Below are positions 1-11,100 of a DNA stretch of 64,000 nucleotides, piece by piece. The translations under genes were made by a program, and so were the position numbers. Location: the IMG/VR virus record IMGVR_UViG_3300028197_000782, positions 33,101-97,100 of that record; one strand, given 5' to 3'. Positions within the stretch are counted from its first letter, which is position 1, and each line of letters starts with the position of its first letter. Under the pieces are notes generated by a model, which saw only the letters and a program-made list of their open reading frames with translations, made no database searches and was not told the DNA's origin. This DNA is from a virus.

Positions 1-920
1 TTAGAGGTTTGAAGCTGGACGGGAACGGCTAGTCCAGAAGTAAACTCAAACATTCTATCGGCAGCAGCAGATCCATAAAAATCTTCTTCACCCCTGCCAG
101 AAGTATTAGATTCAGTTAAAGTAGCAGACTTAATATCAGCTCCATCTAAATCTTGCAGTAGAACAGCAATAAATGTACCTCCAGCATCCCAGCAATTTTC
201 AACTTTGTTCCAAGTTTTCTTTAATTGACCAGCCACGCTTGCAGAAGGGTCACTACTACTTACTGATGTTCCATCCGTGTAGTTTCCTAATTCGCTTTTT
301 TCTGAATCTTGAAAATGATAAGGTTTACCAGCTTTTGTTCTTGGTATACCTTGTATTTTAGTTGTAGACTTTGTTGCAGCTGTTCTATCTGTTCTGTTGG
401 CTTCTGCTGCGGGTAGGAATAATTTTATTCCAGTTTTATTACTAGAATAGCTTGTTTCTCCTTCTTCGTCAAAAGTAGTAGTTCCAAATGTACTTCCCTC
501 TAGATATCCTCTTCTGCTAGTTTGAATATCATATAACTTTCGTGCGCTGCTATTGCCACTATCTAAATCTGCTGCTATTTCAGCATATGTGTGTGATTCC
601 ACATACGTAATTAAGCTTTCAACTGCTGTGACGGTCAGAGAAGACGTTATATAATCACCAGCAGGGTTTACTTCTTGATATTCCCACGTTTGACAATTAT
701 ACATGCTCTGTAGCCACTTAAGAATATTTACTTTACTATCATGTATCTTAACCTCTCTGTGTCTAGTAATTCTATATGCTCTTTTTGCTACGTTGTTATC
801 TGGGTTTCTGAGTATGTTATAGCCATACGCATCAAGATAAGACAAACCAAACTTATTAAGCTGTGGTATGTTGAAGTAATGTTTAGTTTTGTTGTTACAA
901 AAATAATTTCCTCTTGACAT
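1..920 (-). CDS. Putative tail/virion protein, C-terminus runs off the window edge (>=306 aa; not in the ORF track)
   Basis: ATG at 918-920, 11 bp after the stop of 932..5296. Hand translation (MSRGNYFCNNKTKHYF...GLAVPVQLQTS) has no stop before position 1. Confidence 0.8.
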   Translation of the reverse strand, partial: MSRGNYFCNNKTKHYFNIPQLNKFGLSYLDAYGYNILRNPDNNVAKRAYRITRHREVKIHDSKVNILKWLQSMYNCQTWEYQEVNPAGDYITSSLTVTAVESLITYVESHTYAEIAADLDSGNSSARKLYDIQTSRRGYLEGSTFGTTTFDEEGETSYSSNKTGIKLFLPAAEANRTDRTAATKSTTKIQGIPRTKAGKPYHFQDSEKSELGNYTDGTSVSSSDPSASVAGQLKKTWNKVENCWDAGGTFIAVLLQDLDGADIKSATLTESNTSGRGEEDFYGSAAADRMFEFTSGLAVPVQLQTS

Positions 921-931
921 TTTATTTTCCT

Positions 932-3900
932 TTATTTATCTGCACTATGAGAAGACAGTTCTTTGTCGTTTAATCCGTCACCATAATCTCTACTTGTTGC
1001 AACTGGAGTGCTAGGTGGAGCAACGGTAAAAGCCTGATGCCAACCATGAGCAATAGGGGCAAACATTTCTGACATTTCTTGCTGTACTGAGTTTTGAAAT
1101 AATTTAGAAGCTTGAACTAGATTCGTTTGCACTAATCCTGTCATAAAATTTTGAGCCTCTTGACTTTGCATTGAAGATGTTTTTTGTAAGTCAGCTTTAG
1201 CAAAACTATCGGGATGAGAAATGTCAGTTTGCCCGCTACCAATTGGGTTAAACGAATCTTTATCATTTAAAACACTGGGCCTTGGATCAACAGACATATT
1301 TAAGTTAGTAGAAGAGTGTCCGCTAGTGGTTTTTTCTAGTTCTGAATAATTTCTACTTGTAAAATCTGGAGTTGTTAATCTATTTTCTAGTTTTCTAATA
1401 GCTGCACCATAGTTAAACCCTTTTTGTGATTTAGCTATTTGTTTTCTAATCAAACCATTATTGAGATCAGTCATCTTTTGGGATTCTCTAGTAAGTTTTC
1501 GTAACTGATCTTCTCGTTGTTTTTGTATTTTTCCAAAAGATTTTGTATATGTTTCCATAGTCACGGAAGTTTCAATGCCTTGAGCATCTACACGGATGTT
1601 CATATTACTTACAATAGGACCAAATCCTCCTAAAGCACTACCTAAAGTTAACCCAGAAGGAAACATTGGCAGACTGAAAGATCCCTTTTCAACCATTAGC
1701 TGTGCGCTTGTAGCAAGTTCTACTTTGATTCTTCCAGCTTGATCCATTAGCGTGTAGCTTCCGTAGTTCCAAGGAGTAATATTTTCATCATGTATATAAT
1801 CAACTTTACCACCTATCTGTGAATACGCCTCAGTATTTGATAACCAAGGGCCATAATTCCTTTCTTGAGACTCTAAAGGTATCGCAACTAAATCTGGAAC
1901 AACGGGAGAAGGAGACATAATATTAATTCTATTAGTTAAATCAAATGTCAATCCTTGATAAGCTTTTCTAATAGCGGCATCTGCATTAGATCTGTTGGCT
2001 AAGTCAAGAGGGTCATCTGGATCTGCTATGTCATGAATATTGTCTAGCAAAGAATTTGTTGGTCGCAAAGGCGCATTACCATTTATTCCCGGCATACCTC
2101 TAACAACATCTAACATCAAATAATGTTTAATATTAGCAGCATTAACTTGCATGTCCATGCCGTCTCTAAAAGTACTTGAAATCACTGAGACTGCTCTATC
2201 TGGCATGGTTATTAAAGCAAAGACTCCATTTTTAGAATCTCCTTTAGACATGTTAGCACTTAGTGCTTCTAGGTCCATCGACGGTATTTTTACACCACCT
2301 GTACTTACAGGTAGAGGACGGTGAACTTGAAAAGCTACAGCAAAAGTCTCTTCTTCTTTGCACGTTTCACTATTCCAAATCTTTCCGGGTTCAGTTGCAG
2401 TCCATTCAAATGTTCCCCTGTTTCCATAAGCGTTTGTATTATAATCTTTTTTAGGAGGAGCAATATAAAAATCTTCTTCAATATCACACTTAACAAATGC
2501 GACAGCTTGCGTAGGAAGAAAAGTCTTTCCATCAACTGTTATAGGGGTGAATGCATACTTTCCTTGATCTAATTTATCATTTGGATTATCAGAATTTTCC
2601 ATAGCCAAATTTAAATCAGGGACAAAAGTATTATTAGCAGGATTAATAAATTGTTGACTATAATCTGATTTGCTAAAGCCCGCAAAACTAATAGTATGAC
2701 TATTGCAAAATCTAGCGTAACATTGTATTCTTGCATTAGATCCTTTAAGAAATCCGTTGTCATGCGGCTCTAATGAATGTTTTCTTCTTTCATCAAGAAT
2801 AGTATCATACGTGTACCATCCACCATCTTTCGCTGGAGCATAGTTGTGAGAATAGCCCCCAATAGAAGTATGCCAATTTGTTTTTAATCCTCCATCTTGA
2901 ATTGATTCTACACCCGGAAACTGAAGGTCAGAGTTTAAACAAGTTAAATATGAAGCTGGAACCGATTTTCCAGTGTATGGAAAACCATAAGGACTAAGAC
3001 CTGTAAAGTTGTTTGTCGGCAATGCTGTTATTGGTCCTTCTGCCTTATACTGAGGGTTAGGACGGCTTGGAATTTTTACTAAATATTTTTTCCCTAAACA
3101 ATCGTCTGAAACTTTCTTCAAAAACTGATATATTAATTTTGCATTCTTAAGCCCACTGCGAGCTATCTTGTCAGATTGTGCAATCGTGGCAGTTGCATTC
3201 CTAGCTCTTGCTGTGGCTATAACCCCAGATGATGGCGCTGCCTCGTGTAGTTCATCTTGCATTACATTTGAGCCACTGCCAGCTCCTTGATCTGATCTTT
3301 TGGTTAATTCTGTGTCTGTCGGATCACCAGCCCCAGTTGGGTCATGTCCACCAGCGCCTTTCAGTTGAGGGTTAATAAAAGCTCCTGCTTTTTGATCTTC
3401 TTCATCTAAAATTTGTGCAGCGTTTGCGGAAACTCCAATCGCACCAGCTTGCGGTAAACCAATATTTCTGGCCCTGTGCCAATACAAAGGCCATCCATAA
3501 GGAGGATGGCAAGGGTTCGCTGGTTCACCATCAACAAATGTATCTTCCTTTTCATGAGCAGGCCAGACGCATCTTGGTACTGTTATCTGATAATTATTGC
3601 TTAAAGCAAAGACTTGCCCCTCTTTAACTCCAGCAGGAGTATTGTTTGCATACCAAAGGTCTTGTACATCATTATTCTCAATAGATTCTTTATACATACT
3701 ATTATACATTAACAAAAATTCAGACCACTTTTCAAAAGATACAGACGCTGCACGTAATTCTATTTCAGTTGCTATGTAAAATCTACCCACACCATCTGCC
3801 GTAAGACTACTAGCGTCTAAACATATTTGTTGATAAGATCCGTAGCCTCTAGGTATAGTCGGAACATTGTAAGCACCAACCGTTCCGTAAAATGGAATAA

Positions 3901-5296
3901 TAGCCTCTTGTGTAGAATAATTATGCATACCATGAGTTGCACCACCATAGGGGGTGGGAAAATAATACATTGCAGACTCTCTACCACCAGTTACAACTTT
4001 ATCAGTTGGTTCATTTGTCAGCTCATATCCAATCTGAGAATTAGTAACATCAATATCTTTTCCAAGATCCTTAATATACTTAGCAATTTGCCCCGGTTCA
4101 GACGGGTTGTTCTTGCCTATTGCATTAACTTTTATGACTCCTGCACAGTCTGAGCTAAACGTTCCGGTTGAGGAACCGTCTACAATAGGTAATAAGCTGA
4201 AAAATAATTCATGATTAGTAGCTTCGGCTATTTCTTGAAGAAAATCTAAAATACTGATTGCATCATAGTCTAACATATAAGCCTTTGGTAATATGGGCAT
4301 ATTGCCAAAATCTAAAGCGTATTTCAATCCTCTGAAAAATACAAATGAACCATACGGTTCATATTCTGGATGAACAGAATCGCCAAATTGAAGATAATTC
4401 AGAGCTTGCACTACTCGGTAGTAAGGTATACCAGTAGAAGTTCTTCTTGACATTCCAGTGCCTGTCATTGGCCTGCTTTCACTGTCTTTTAAAGCTTGAA
4501 CATAATAATTATAGTCTAAGTTGAAATTTCCATTTGCCAATTTTGATGCTATCAAACTGTTGGCTCTACTTTGTAATTGTGCTTTGCCGTCATTAATCCA
4601 AATATCCATACCTTGACCGGCAGCATTTAAAATATCTTTGTAAATACTAGGGTCATCTGGATCATTTTGAGCTTTAAGAGTAACGTTACTAGCATTGTGT
4701 TCTAAAAGTCCATATATGTTCCAGAGATTAGTTTTGCCACCAGTATCTCCCCCATAGCTATTTAAAATAAGCTGACAATTACCTAATATTTCTCTAGGAT
4801 CTGTAATAGTAATGCTATATCTTATTCCGTCATTAGAACCATCTGTCATGACAAAAGATTGTAATAAACCACCAAATGAAAAATTATAGTAACCTCTGTT
4901 TCCACTAACATATTCGCCATCCTTGTTAAGTATCATTACTCCACCATGCAGGCTCTTGGCAAGTTTAGTTCCATAATAATCATCAATCGTTTTGGAAAAA
5001 GCTTCTTGGGTGCTAGTTCTAAACTTTCCATATGAGAAAAACACAGGACTGCCAACCGCTGGCGCTCTCAATTCATCACCTTCACCGTCATGATAAGGGT
5101 CAGCGCCTTGGCCTAAAGCTGTTCCATCAGATTCAAAGTCCTTATCAGCAACTAAATTAACAGTGAGTTGGGATGATGAATCTCCAAATCCAGCAGAAAC
5201 GTTGAAGCCTTGTATAGTAGCACCTAAAAAAGATTGTTGCTCTGTTGAATTTCCTACTCCAGCAGATAATTCTCTATTTACACTATTAAATGACAT
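932..5296 (-). CDS. Putative tail tip / baseplate hub-like protein (1454 aa)
   Basis: Long ORF downstream of the TMP and distal tail genes. Beta-rich N-terminus and C-terminal coiled segment. Call rests mainly on synteny. Confidence 0.5.
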   Translation of the reverse strand: MSFNSVNRELSAGVGNSTEQQSFLGATIQGFNVSAGFGDSSSQLTVNLVADKDFESDGTALGQGADPYHDGEGDELRAPAVGSPVFFSYGKFRTSTQEAFSKTIDDYYGTKLAKSLHGGVMILNKDGEYVSGNRGYYNFSFGGLLQSFVMTDGSNDGIRYSITITDPREILGNCQLILNSYGGDTGGKTNLWNIYGLLEHNASNVTLKAQNDPDDPSIYKDILNAAGQGMDIWINDGKAQLQSRANSLIASKLANGNFNLDYNYYVQALKDSESRPMTGTGMSRRTSTGIPYYRVVQALNYLQFGDSVHPEYEPYGSFVFFRGLKYALDFGNMPILPKAYMLDYDAISILDFLQEIAEATNHELFFSLLPIVDGSSTGTFSSDCAGVIKVNAIGKNNPSEPGQIAKYIKDLGKDIDVTNSQIGYELTNEPTDKVVTGGRESAMYYFPTPYGGATHGMHNYSTQEAIIPFYGTVGAYNVPTIPRGYGSYQQICLDASSLTADGVGRFYIATEIELRAASVSFEKWSEFLLMYNSMYKESIENNDVQDLWYANNTPAGVKEGQVFALSNNYQITVPRCVWPAHEKEDTFVDGEPANPCHPPYGWPLYWHRARNIGLPQAGAIGVSANAAQILDEEDQKAGAFINPQLKGAGGHDPTGAGDPTDTELTKRSDQGAGSGSNVMQDELHEAAPSSGVIATARARNATATIAQSDKIARSGLKNAKLIYQFLKKVSDDCLGKKYLVKIPSRPNPQYKAEGPITALPTNNFTGLSPYGFPYTGKSVPASYLTCLNSDLQFPGVESIQDGGLKTNWHTSIGGYSHNYAPAKDGGWYTYDTILDERRKHSLEPHDNGFLKGSNARIQCYARFCNSHTISFAGFSKSDYSQQFINPANNTFVPDLNLAMENSDNPNDKLDQGKYAFTPITVDGKTFLPTQAVAFVKCDIEEDFYIAPPKKDYNTNAYGNRGTFEWTATEPGKIWNSETCKEEETFAVAFQVHRPLPVSTGGVKIPSMDLEALSANMSKGDSKNGVFALITMPDRAVSVISSTFRDGMDMQVNAANIKHYLMLDVVRGMPGINGNAPLRPTNSLLDNIHDIADPDDPLDLANRSNADAAIRKAYQGLTFDLTNRINIMSPSPVVPDLVAIPLESQERNYGPWLSNTEAYSQIGGKVDYIHDENITPWNYGSYTLMDQAGRIKVELATSAQLMVEKGSFSLPMFPSGLTLGSALGGFGPIVSNMNIRVDAQGIETSVTMETYTKSFGKIQKQREDQLRKLTRESQKMTDLNNGLIRKQIAKSQKGFNYGAAIRKLENRLTTPDFTSRNYSELEKTTSGHSSTNLNMSVDPRPSVLNDKDSFNPIGSGQTDISHPDSFAKADLQKTSSMQSQEAQNFMTGLVQTNLVQASKLFQNSVQQEMSEMFAPIAHGWHQAFTVAPPSTPVATSRDYGDGLNDKELSSHSADK

Positions 5297-5309
5297 CGTT
5301 TTCTAACTC

Positions 5310-6305
5310 CTACTTTGACCAAATACTAGAACTATGTAACAAGCTATCATACCTAAGCCCATTTAAAAAATCTAATTTAACGGCATCACCATATGGACTG
5401 TAAACTTCAATTATATCAAGCTGTGTTTTCCAGTTCCTCCTTGATATTGGCGATCCGGGGATTAATTCGTTATTACGATATTTGGCTTGCTTTACTATAT
5501 AATCATGCCCCCAGCCGCCCTGTGCGATGGCTAGTGGATTTGATGCCGGGGAAGATGGTATTGTTAATAAAACTATACCCTCTGATCTTATAGAAGAACT
5601 ACCATAATGCCTAAATACTGAGAAACTAAACCCAGAACGACTACCGTATGTGCTAGCTTTTGATAATGGATTTACTATTTTCCCCTTTACAAGAATTTTG
5701 AAATCAGACTCATTGTCATATAAAGCTCTGGGATAGTCGTGGCTTTTAGAAAATATATTATATTTAGCATGAAAAGGGGTACGCTCTGCTCTCAGATTTT
5801 TTGCTAATCCAGTATACGGTACACTTATGTAAGTTCCATCAGCAGCTTTCCCTCTAACGTCATATATTATCTCAACTTGTCCCGAAGTGTTACTTGCTCC
5901 CCTGCCGCTTCTATCAAATATTCCTCTAAAGAGAGTGCTACCGTTGGTATCTGGTCCCGTCTCTGCGAAATGATGAGCATAACCAAATGGCTTATTAGCT
6001 CCTCCATTAGTTCTTCCTGCCTTTCTCCAAAAATCAGGGAATGAGCCAAGATGATGTGATGCATCACTTGAAGAAGCTGACAACCTGCTAACAATAGGTG
6101 CTTCACCTACTTCACTGGGCATATCGAATTTTGAGAAAGTTGTAAAATGCCCAAAAAACCTATCTTTGTGAAAACTACCTAGAACAGATGTTTCCTCACC
6201 TTCAGTCGGTGGATGGTTTCTATAAAATATAGGAGCATTATAATTAGTCAAGTCTGCTAAAGGTATTCTATAACCACTGTAAGTAGCATCTGGTGGAAAT
6301 TTCAT
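5310..6305 (-). CDS. Hypothetical protein in tail module (331 aa)
   Basis: Tightly packed ORF in the late region; no recognisable motif. Confidence 0.7.
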   Translation of the reverse strand: MKFPPDATYSGYRIPLADLTNYNAPIFYRNHPPTEGEETSVLGSFHKDRFFGHFTTFSKFDMPSEVGEAPIVSRLSASSSDASHHLGSFPDFWRKAGRTNGGANKPFGYAHHFAETGPDTNGSTLFRGIFDRSGRGASNTSGQVEIIYDVRGKAADGTYISVPYTGLAKNLRAERTPFHAKYNIFSKSHDYPRALYDNESDFKILVKGKIVNPLSKASTYGSRSGFSFSVFRHYGSSSIRSEGIVLLTIPSSPASNPLAIAQGGWGHDYIVKQAKYRNNELIPGSPISRRNWKTQLDIIEVYSPYGDAVKLDFLNGLRYDSLLHSSSIWSK

Positions 6306-6311
6306 TATATA

Positions 6312-8105
6312 TTACTCACTTAATTCATAGGTCCAACTTACAGATAAATTATATCTACCTTCTGTGGGATTCCAACTTTCTGTTGGTGGATCAGCAAACC
6401 AATTTACAATCCCCGGCTCATTAGCTGGACTGTATAAACTAACCAGACCAGTAATTTTATCTTTAAATCCTGCTCTAATACTTGGTTTTTCAGCAATTAA
6501 ACTCGCCCTATTAGCAGTAGGAAATGACCTTGCATTTGAAGTACTGGCAGAATCTATGACGACTTCAACATTCAAGGTTCGTTTATATTCAGTTCTTCCA
6601 GCTAAATACTGCAATATTGGTCCAGTAGATCTACCCAAGATTGGGATAGTAGTGTAGACATCGCCGGGGTAAGTATCTTCTATAGTTATGTTTTCATATA
6701 CAGCGCCTGCAAAATACTTATAAGGACTTGCATTAAATTCTAAAGAATATGTAATTTCTCCCGCAACATCATTTGTGCTGTAAGAAATACTTGTAGGACT
6801 AGTGTTCAAATGTTGAGAAGTAACGTGTTGCGCTCTACTAAAAATTCTAGAAAAACCATGCTGTCCTTCATTGCTAATATCGTAATAAGTATTAACAGCA
6901 TTGCCTATTTGTCCAGATCCTGTTATATTATTATTATTAACAAGCGTATTACCTGTTAACTCAGTATACCCCTTTGAATTTTCGGAAACAGAATTCTCCG
7001 TCAAGCCCTTAATCGTTCCTGCTACAGTTACGGTGGGAGTATTGCTTGAGCTATCAGAACTGTAACTTACGTCATATGTTTCTAAAGCCTTCATCCCCGT
7101 TGGCGCATATATAAAATTATCAGTTAAAGTGTAAGTTCCTCCAGCTGTGTCTATCGACTCTGCTCTTATATAATTATACGTGATTAATTTATTCTTCTTG
7201 TTTATTGCTTCTGTGTCTGCGCCGACAAACTTAGAAGTTCCATCAAGCGAACTCCTAATCAAGTCTAAAGTGTGAAACTCGGATCTAGTGTCTTTCATAT
7301 ACGCATCAGCAAGATCTTTTGCTATTACCCAGCCCGGAGCTTTTTCTGCTGAGTAATCATCTTTTATATCAAGTATTTTTCTTCTATTTCCCCAAGACTT
7401 ACAAGAAATACTAAGAGAATATGTACCATTATAATAAATAGTACTAATTGCCTCTTGGTCCGTATTATTAACAGCACGGTGCATACCATACTCTCCCATA
7501 GAAGGATCAAGACTCCAAGTTTCGTTAAAAGCAGTCAGAACTCCAGATTCAAAAGCTATTTTATTGTACGGCGTGTTGGGGATGGATGACGAACCCATTG
7601 TGTTCATTTGACCACTGGGGGTTTGAAAAGAACCGGTATAAGACTTCAGCACAACATTATAACGCATGTAATTAGTATAATCGCCTTCTTCAAAGTTAAT
7701 ACTCTCTAGTTGGCAATCAAATCTTTTTTGAATATCTCCCTTTGCTCCTGCAAGTTTGATTTGAAGTTTGTCATCACCAAAAATATCTTCAATATAATTT
7801 TGCGCCTTCCAAGCAAACTTTGCACCAGTAACTTCACCAGAACTTTGTGGCATCGGGCCGCAGTCTAGCACAGTGTCATCACACTCGTCATTAGTCTTAA
7901 CAAATCCATTTAACGTCAATGTATATTCTGTATTGAGATAACCCGCTTCATTTCTATTGTTTACCGATGATACAGACAGAAATGGAAGAGGACGTAATTG
8001 TTTCCATACATCGTTATTATATATAGCAAGAGTAAGATTGCCACCCGTCGTAGAATCAGAAGAAGTTTCTGTCCCATACTTAGTGTCGTCAGCTAGAGTT
8101 GTCAT
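6312..8105 (-). CDS. Putative distal tail / baseplate structural protein (597 aa)
   Basis: Beta-strand-rich with repeated YTL/YSL strands. Start overlaps the upstream stop. Synteny after the TMP. Confidence 0.45.
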   Translation of the reverse strand: MTTLADDTKYGTETSSDSTTGGNLTLAIYNNDVWKQLRPLPFLSVSSVNNRNEAGYLNTEYTLTLNGFVKTNDECDDTVLDCGPMPQSSGEVTGAKFAWKAQNYIEDIFGDDKLQIKLAGAKGDIQKRFDCQLESINFEEGDYTNYMRYNVVLKSYTGSFQTPSGQMNTMGSSSIPNTPYNKIAFESGVLTAFNETWSLDPSMGEYGMHRAVNNTDQEAISTIYYNGTYSLSISCKSWGNRRKILDIKDDYSAEKAPGWVIAKDLADAYMKDTRSEFHTLDLIRSSLDGTSKFVGADTEAINKKNKLITYNYIRAESIDTAGGTYTLTDNFIYAPTGMKALETYDVSYSSDSSSNTPTVTVAGTIKGLTENSVSENSKGYTELTGNTLVNNNNITGSGQIGNAVNTYYDISNEGQHGFSRIFSRAQHVTSQHLNTSPTSISYSTNDVAGEITYSLEFNASPYKYFAGAVYENITIEDTYPGDVYTTIPILGRSTGPILQYLAGRTEYKRTLNVEVVIDSASTSNARSFPTANRASLIAEKPSIRAGFKDKITGLVSLYSPANEPGIVNWFADPPTESWNPTEGRYNLSVSWTYELSE

Positions 8106-11100
8106 TAGAATCCACCATATCCATATAAATTAAGTATACCCGTACCGCCACTAAGAGAGCCACTAACCGATAATGGTAGTATACCAGAAGATTCAAGATT
8201 CTGTATTCCACTGGCATACAATTGCAATATTCCAGAACTATCTAAAGCCGAAATGCCGTACAATCCTACATTATTATACACATTTCCAGTTTCTGGACCC
8301 CTGCTGAAAAGATTGATAATTCCAGATGTATTGAACGGAGCGCCCTCGTTAAATAGATTTAATCTAGCTCTTTCGCCAGAGCCAAATTCATAAACGCCTC
8401 TAATTTGCTTAATAAATGGCCTGTGAGTAACATATCCTCTTTCTACCTTGTCTTGTCCAGAGGCTTCTATAAAGATTTCACCTTGCTCGTTGGAGAATAC
8501 TAAACCTTCAAACCTATGCGTTGCGTTTGGAACTGTTCCGTTCGTGAAATCAAATTCTATATATTCATCCTTATCTCTATAAACACCAAACACTTTACCC
8601 TTTAGTGATGTGTCTGGATGAGAGAATCCGGGGCGAAGTTTTCTCAGCATCGCATCGTTCGTGTAGACAGCTCCAATATTTCCTGAAGTTGGAACGCTGT
8701 GGTTCTTTGACCCAATAGCTAATGTATAATCACTATCACTTCGTCTAGATCTATACAAGCTGAGTGACGTTCCAAAGTAATTATTTTCACTAGATCCTTG
8801 AGATAAATCTAAATCTTCTAAAGGATTAAGTTTTTGTATCTGAGTCCAAGCTTGCTGCTTAGAACCCCAATCATCAATCTTGTTTTCGTATGTAAATACT
8901 GCACCATTATTGAGTACAGTTAGGCCACTATTTGGATAAGCATCACGAACTGATTGTTTAGCGAAGTCGTGCTTAGTTCTAGTCTCTATTGCAAACTGTT
9001 CGTTAAATGCTTTGTTTACGAATTCGCCTGAGTTGATTTCAAAGAACGTATTGAAGTCGTGACCCGGAGCGGAGATCGCCATTAAGTCTCCATCCAATAC
9101 AATGTCAGCACCAAACATATCTGAAACGAAAGCATTATTCTCGATAAATGAATCTGTATAACTATGAGTTCCAATGATTCCAGACAATGCAGTTGCGTCA
9201 GTATTCATAAAACCAACGCCCAGCTCATCTGGTCTAAATTTACTTGTCGTCTTCCAAGGTATACCAGTAGTAACAGCCGATGATCCCTGTATAGAACCAA
9301 CACCGTCTCCAACATTACCAACTTTCTCAATTACATATACAGCTCCAGCTCCACCGTTATGACCAACTTCTACGCCAGTTAATGAACCGTTATCTAATAT
9401 TCCAGACCAAGGCGTAATTGTTTCATTATTATATGGAGTAAATGGAGATCCAACATACAGTTTATTTTTATGAATAGTTACTTTATATCCAAACAAATCA
9501 CCGGGATAACCAGAATTAAATACATCAAAGTCTAAGTGATCATGACCAGCTGCTCTGAGTAGCGGAGGTATTCTTTCTGACAATCCAGCGTCTACATAAG
9601 TTTGACCATTGTATACATCTTGAATCTTAGAAGTAGACGACCAATACGTTTGATATTGTAGGAATTCATCTACATACCATTTTTGTTCGTACTCTGCCCT
9701 TGTCAGTCCACCATAAGTATACGGGGGAATGCTGAAATAATGACTTGGTGGAAGTCTGGGTGCGTCAGGACGTTTTCTAAACTTGCCAGCGTCTTCGGCT
9801 TCCATCAGTGACAACATGCCGTCGAACGGCTGATAAGGTATCTCTCGACCCGGAGGCGTTTCTATATCTTTTTTACCCTCCGTGTCAGAGTATTTGTCTA
9901 CGCCAATACCAGCACTATCATATCCACCAAACCTTGCATTTAATCCAGAGTTATCTGGCAAAGCGTTCACTAGTCTACTCGGACTTGCTCTTTCTGGAGA
10001 GATAATTTTATAAGCATTTGGATAGAATTTTGTTTGAGAAAATTCATCAGAACCAAAGAAGTCATCTTGATAATACTGATAAGTTCTAGGATAAAGACTA
10101 GCTAAGAAATTAGCTAAATCATCGACGATAAATTCATCTTCATTTAGTATATTCCTGCCCTGTATAATACTAGCGTCACTAATAACAGTAACTCTAGACT
10201 TGTTATAACCTGAGAAAAATCCCCCTTGATCATAAACCTGTTGTGCAACAACTACTGGTCCATCTGCAATAACAGGAGCATCGCCATCAATTCCATAGCC
10301 AGCTGGGTCTGCTTCTGCGCAAACTTCTGAATTGTTTTCAGCACAGTATTTAGAACTATCAGTGCTAATCTGTCTAATCAAATCTTGTTCATATGAGAAA
10401 CCCGGAATGGAAGGAATAGAAACAGTTCGATGTTCAAAAATAGGAACAGATGTATTGTTTGTTTTAGTTTCCAACGGTAATCTGACACCAGAAACTCCAA
10501 GAAGTCTTGTAGTTCTTTTTTGATCTGGATTTTCTTCTAGCGTCCGGTAGAATTTAGTGCCAGTAAAGTACATATCAATCTGACCACCACTTGGAAGCTG
10601 TACGTCAACTTCATAGGTTTTAGGAGTAGAGCTAGCCTCTAAATACTTCCAAGCTGCTTGCTTGATTTGGGTGGAGGCAGATAAATTGTCATCAGAGTAA
10701 TCTAATATACTTGTTGAATTTCCAACCTTGTCTTCTATGCCTCCAATAATCCTTGTGGGTGTTCTGCCAGTTCCTTGACCAGAAAACGTAATTCCCCTTC
10801 TGCCATTTTCTACGTATACTTCAATAGGTTCTATTTCAGTCTCAGTAACAGATTGAACTGTAAAGAATAGTCTAAATAAGTATAAATCATCTTCAACTTC
10901 TCTACCAAGATCGTGAGAAAGAATTGAATTATGATCTGGAACATTAAATGTTGCTTTACTAATACCAGTATGTAATCTAGGCTTGCCCTTTGAAACAATT
11001 TCTATATCTGAAATACTATTACTTTTCCCACCTAGTAAAGAAGAATTATTTCTTTGTATAGGTATGATTTCATGGTTTAAAGTTGTGCCAATTCCAAGTC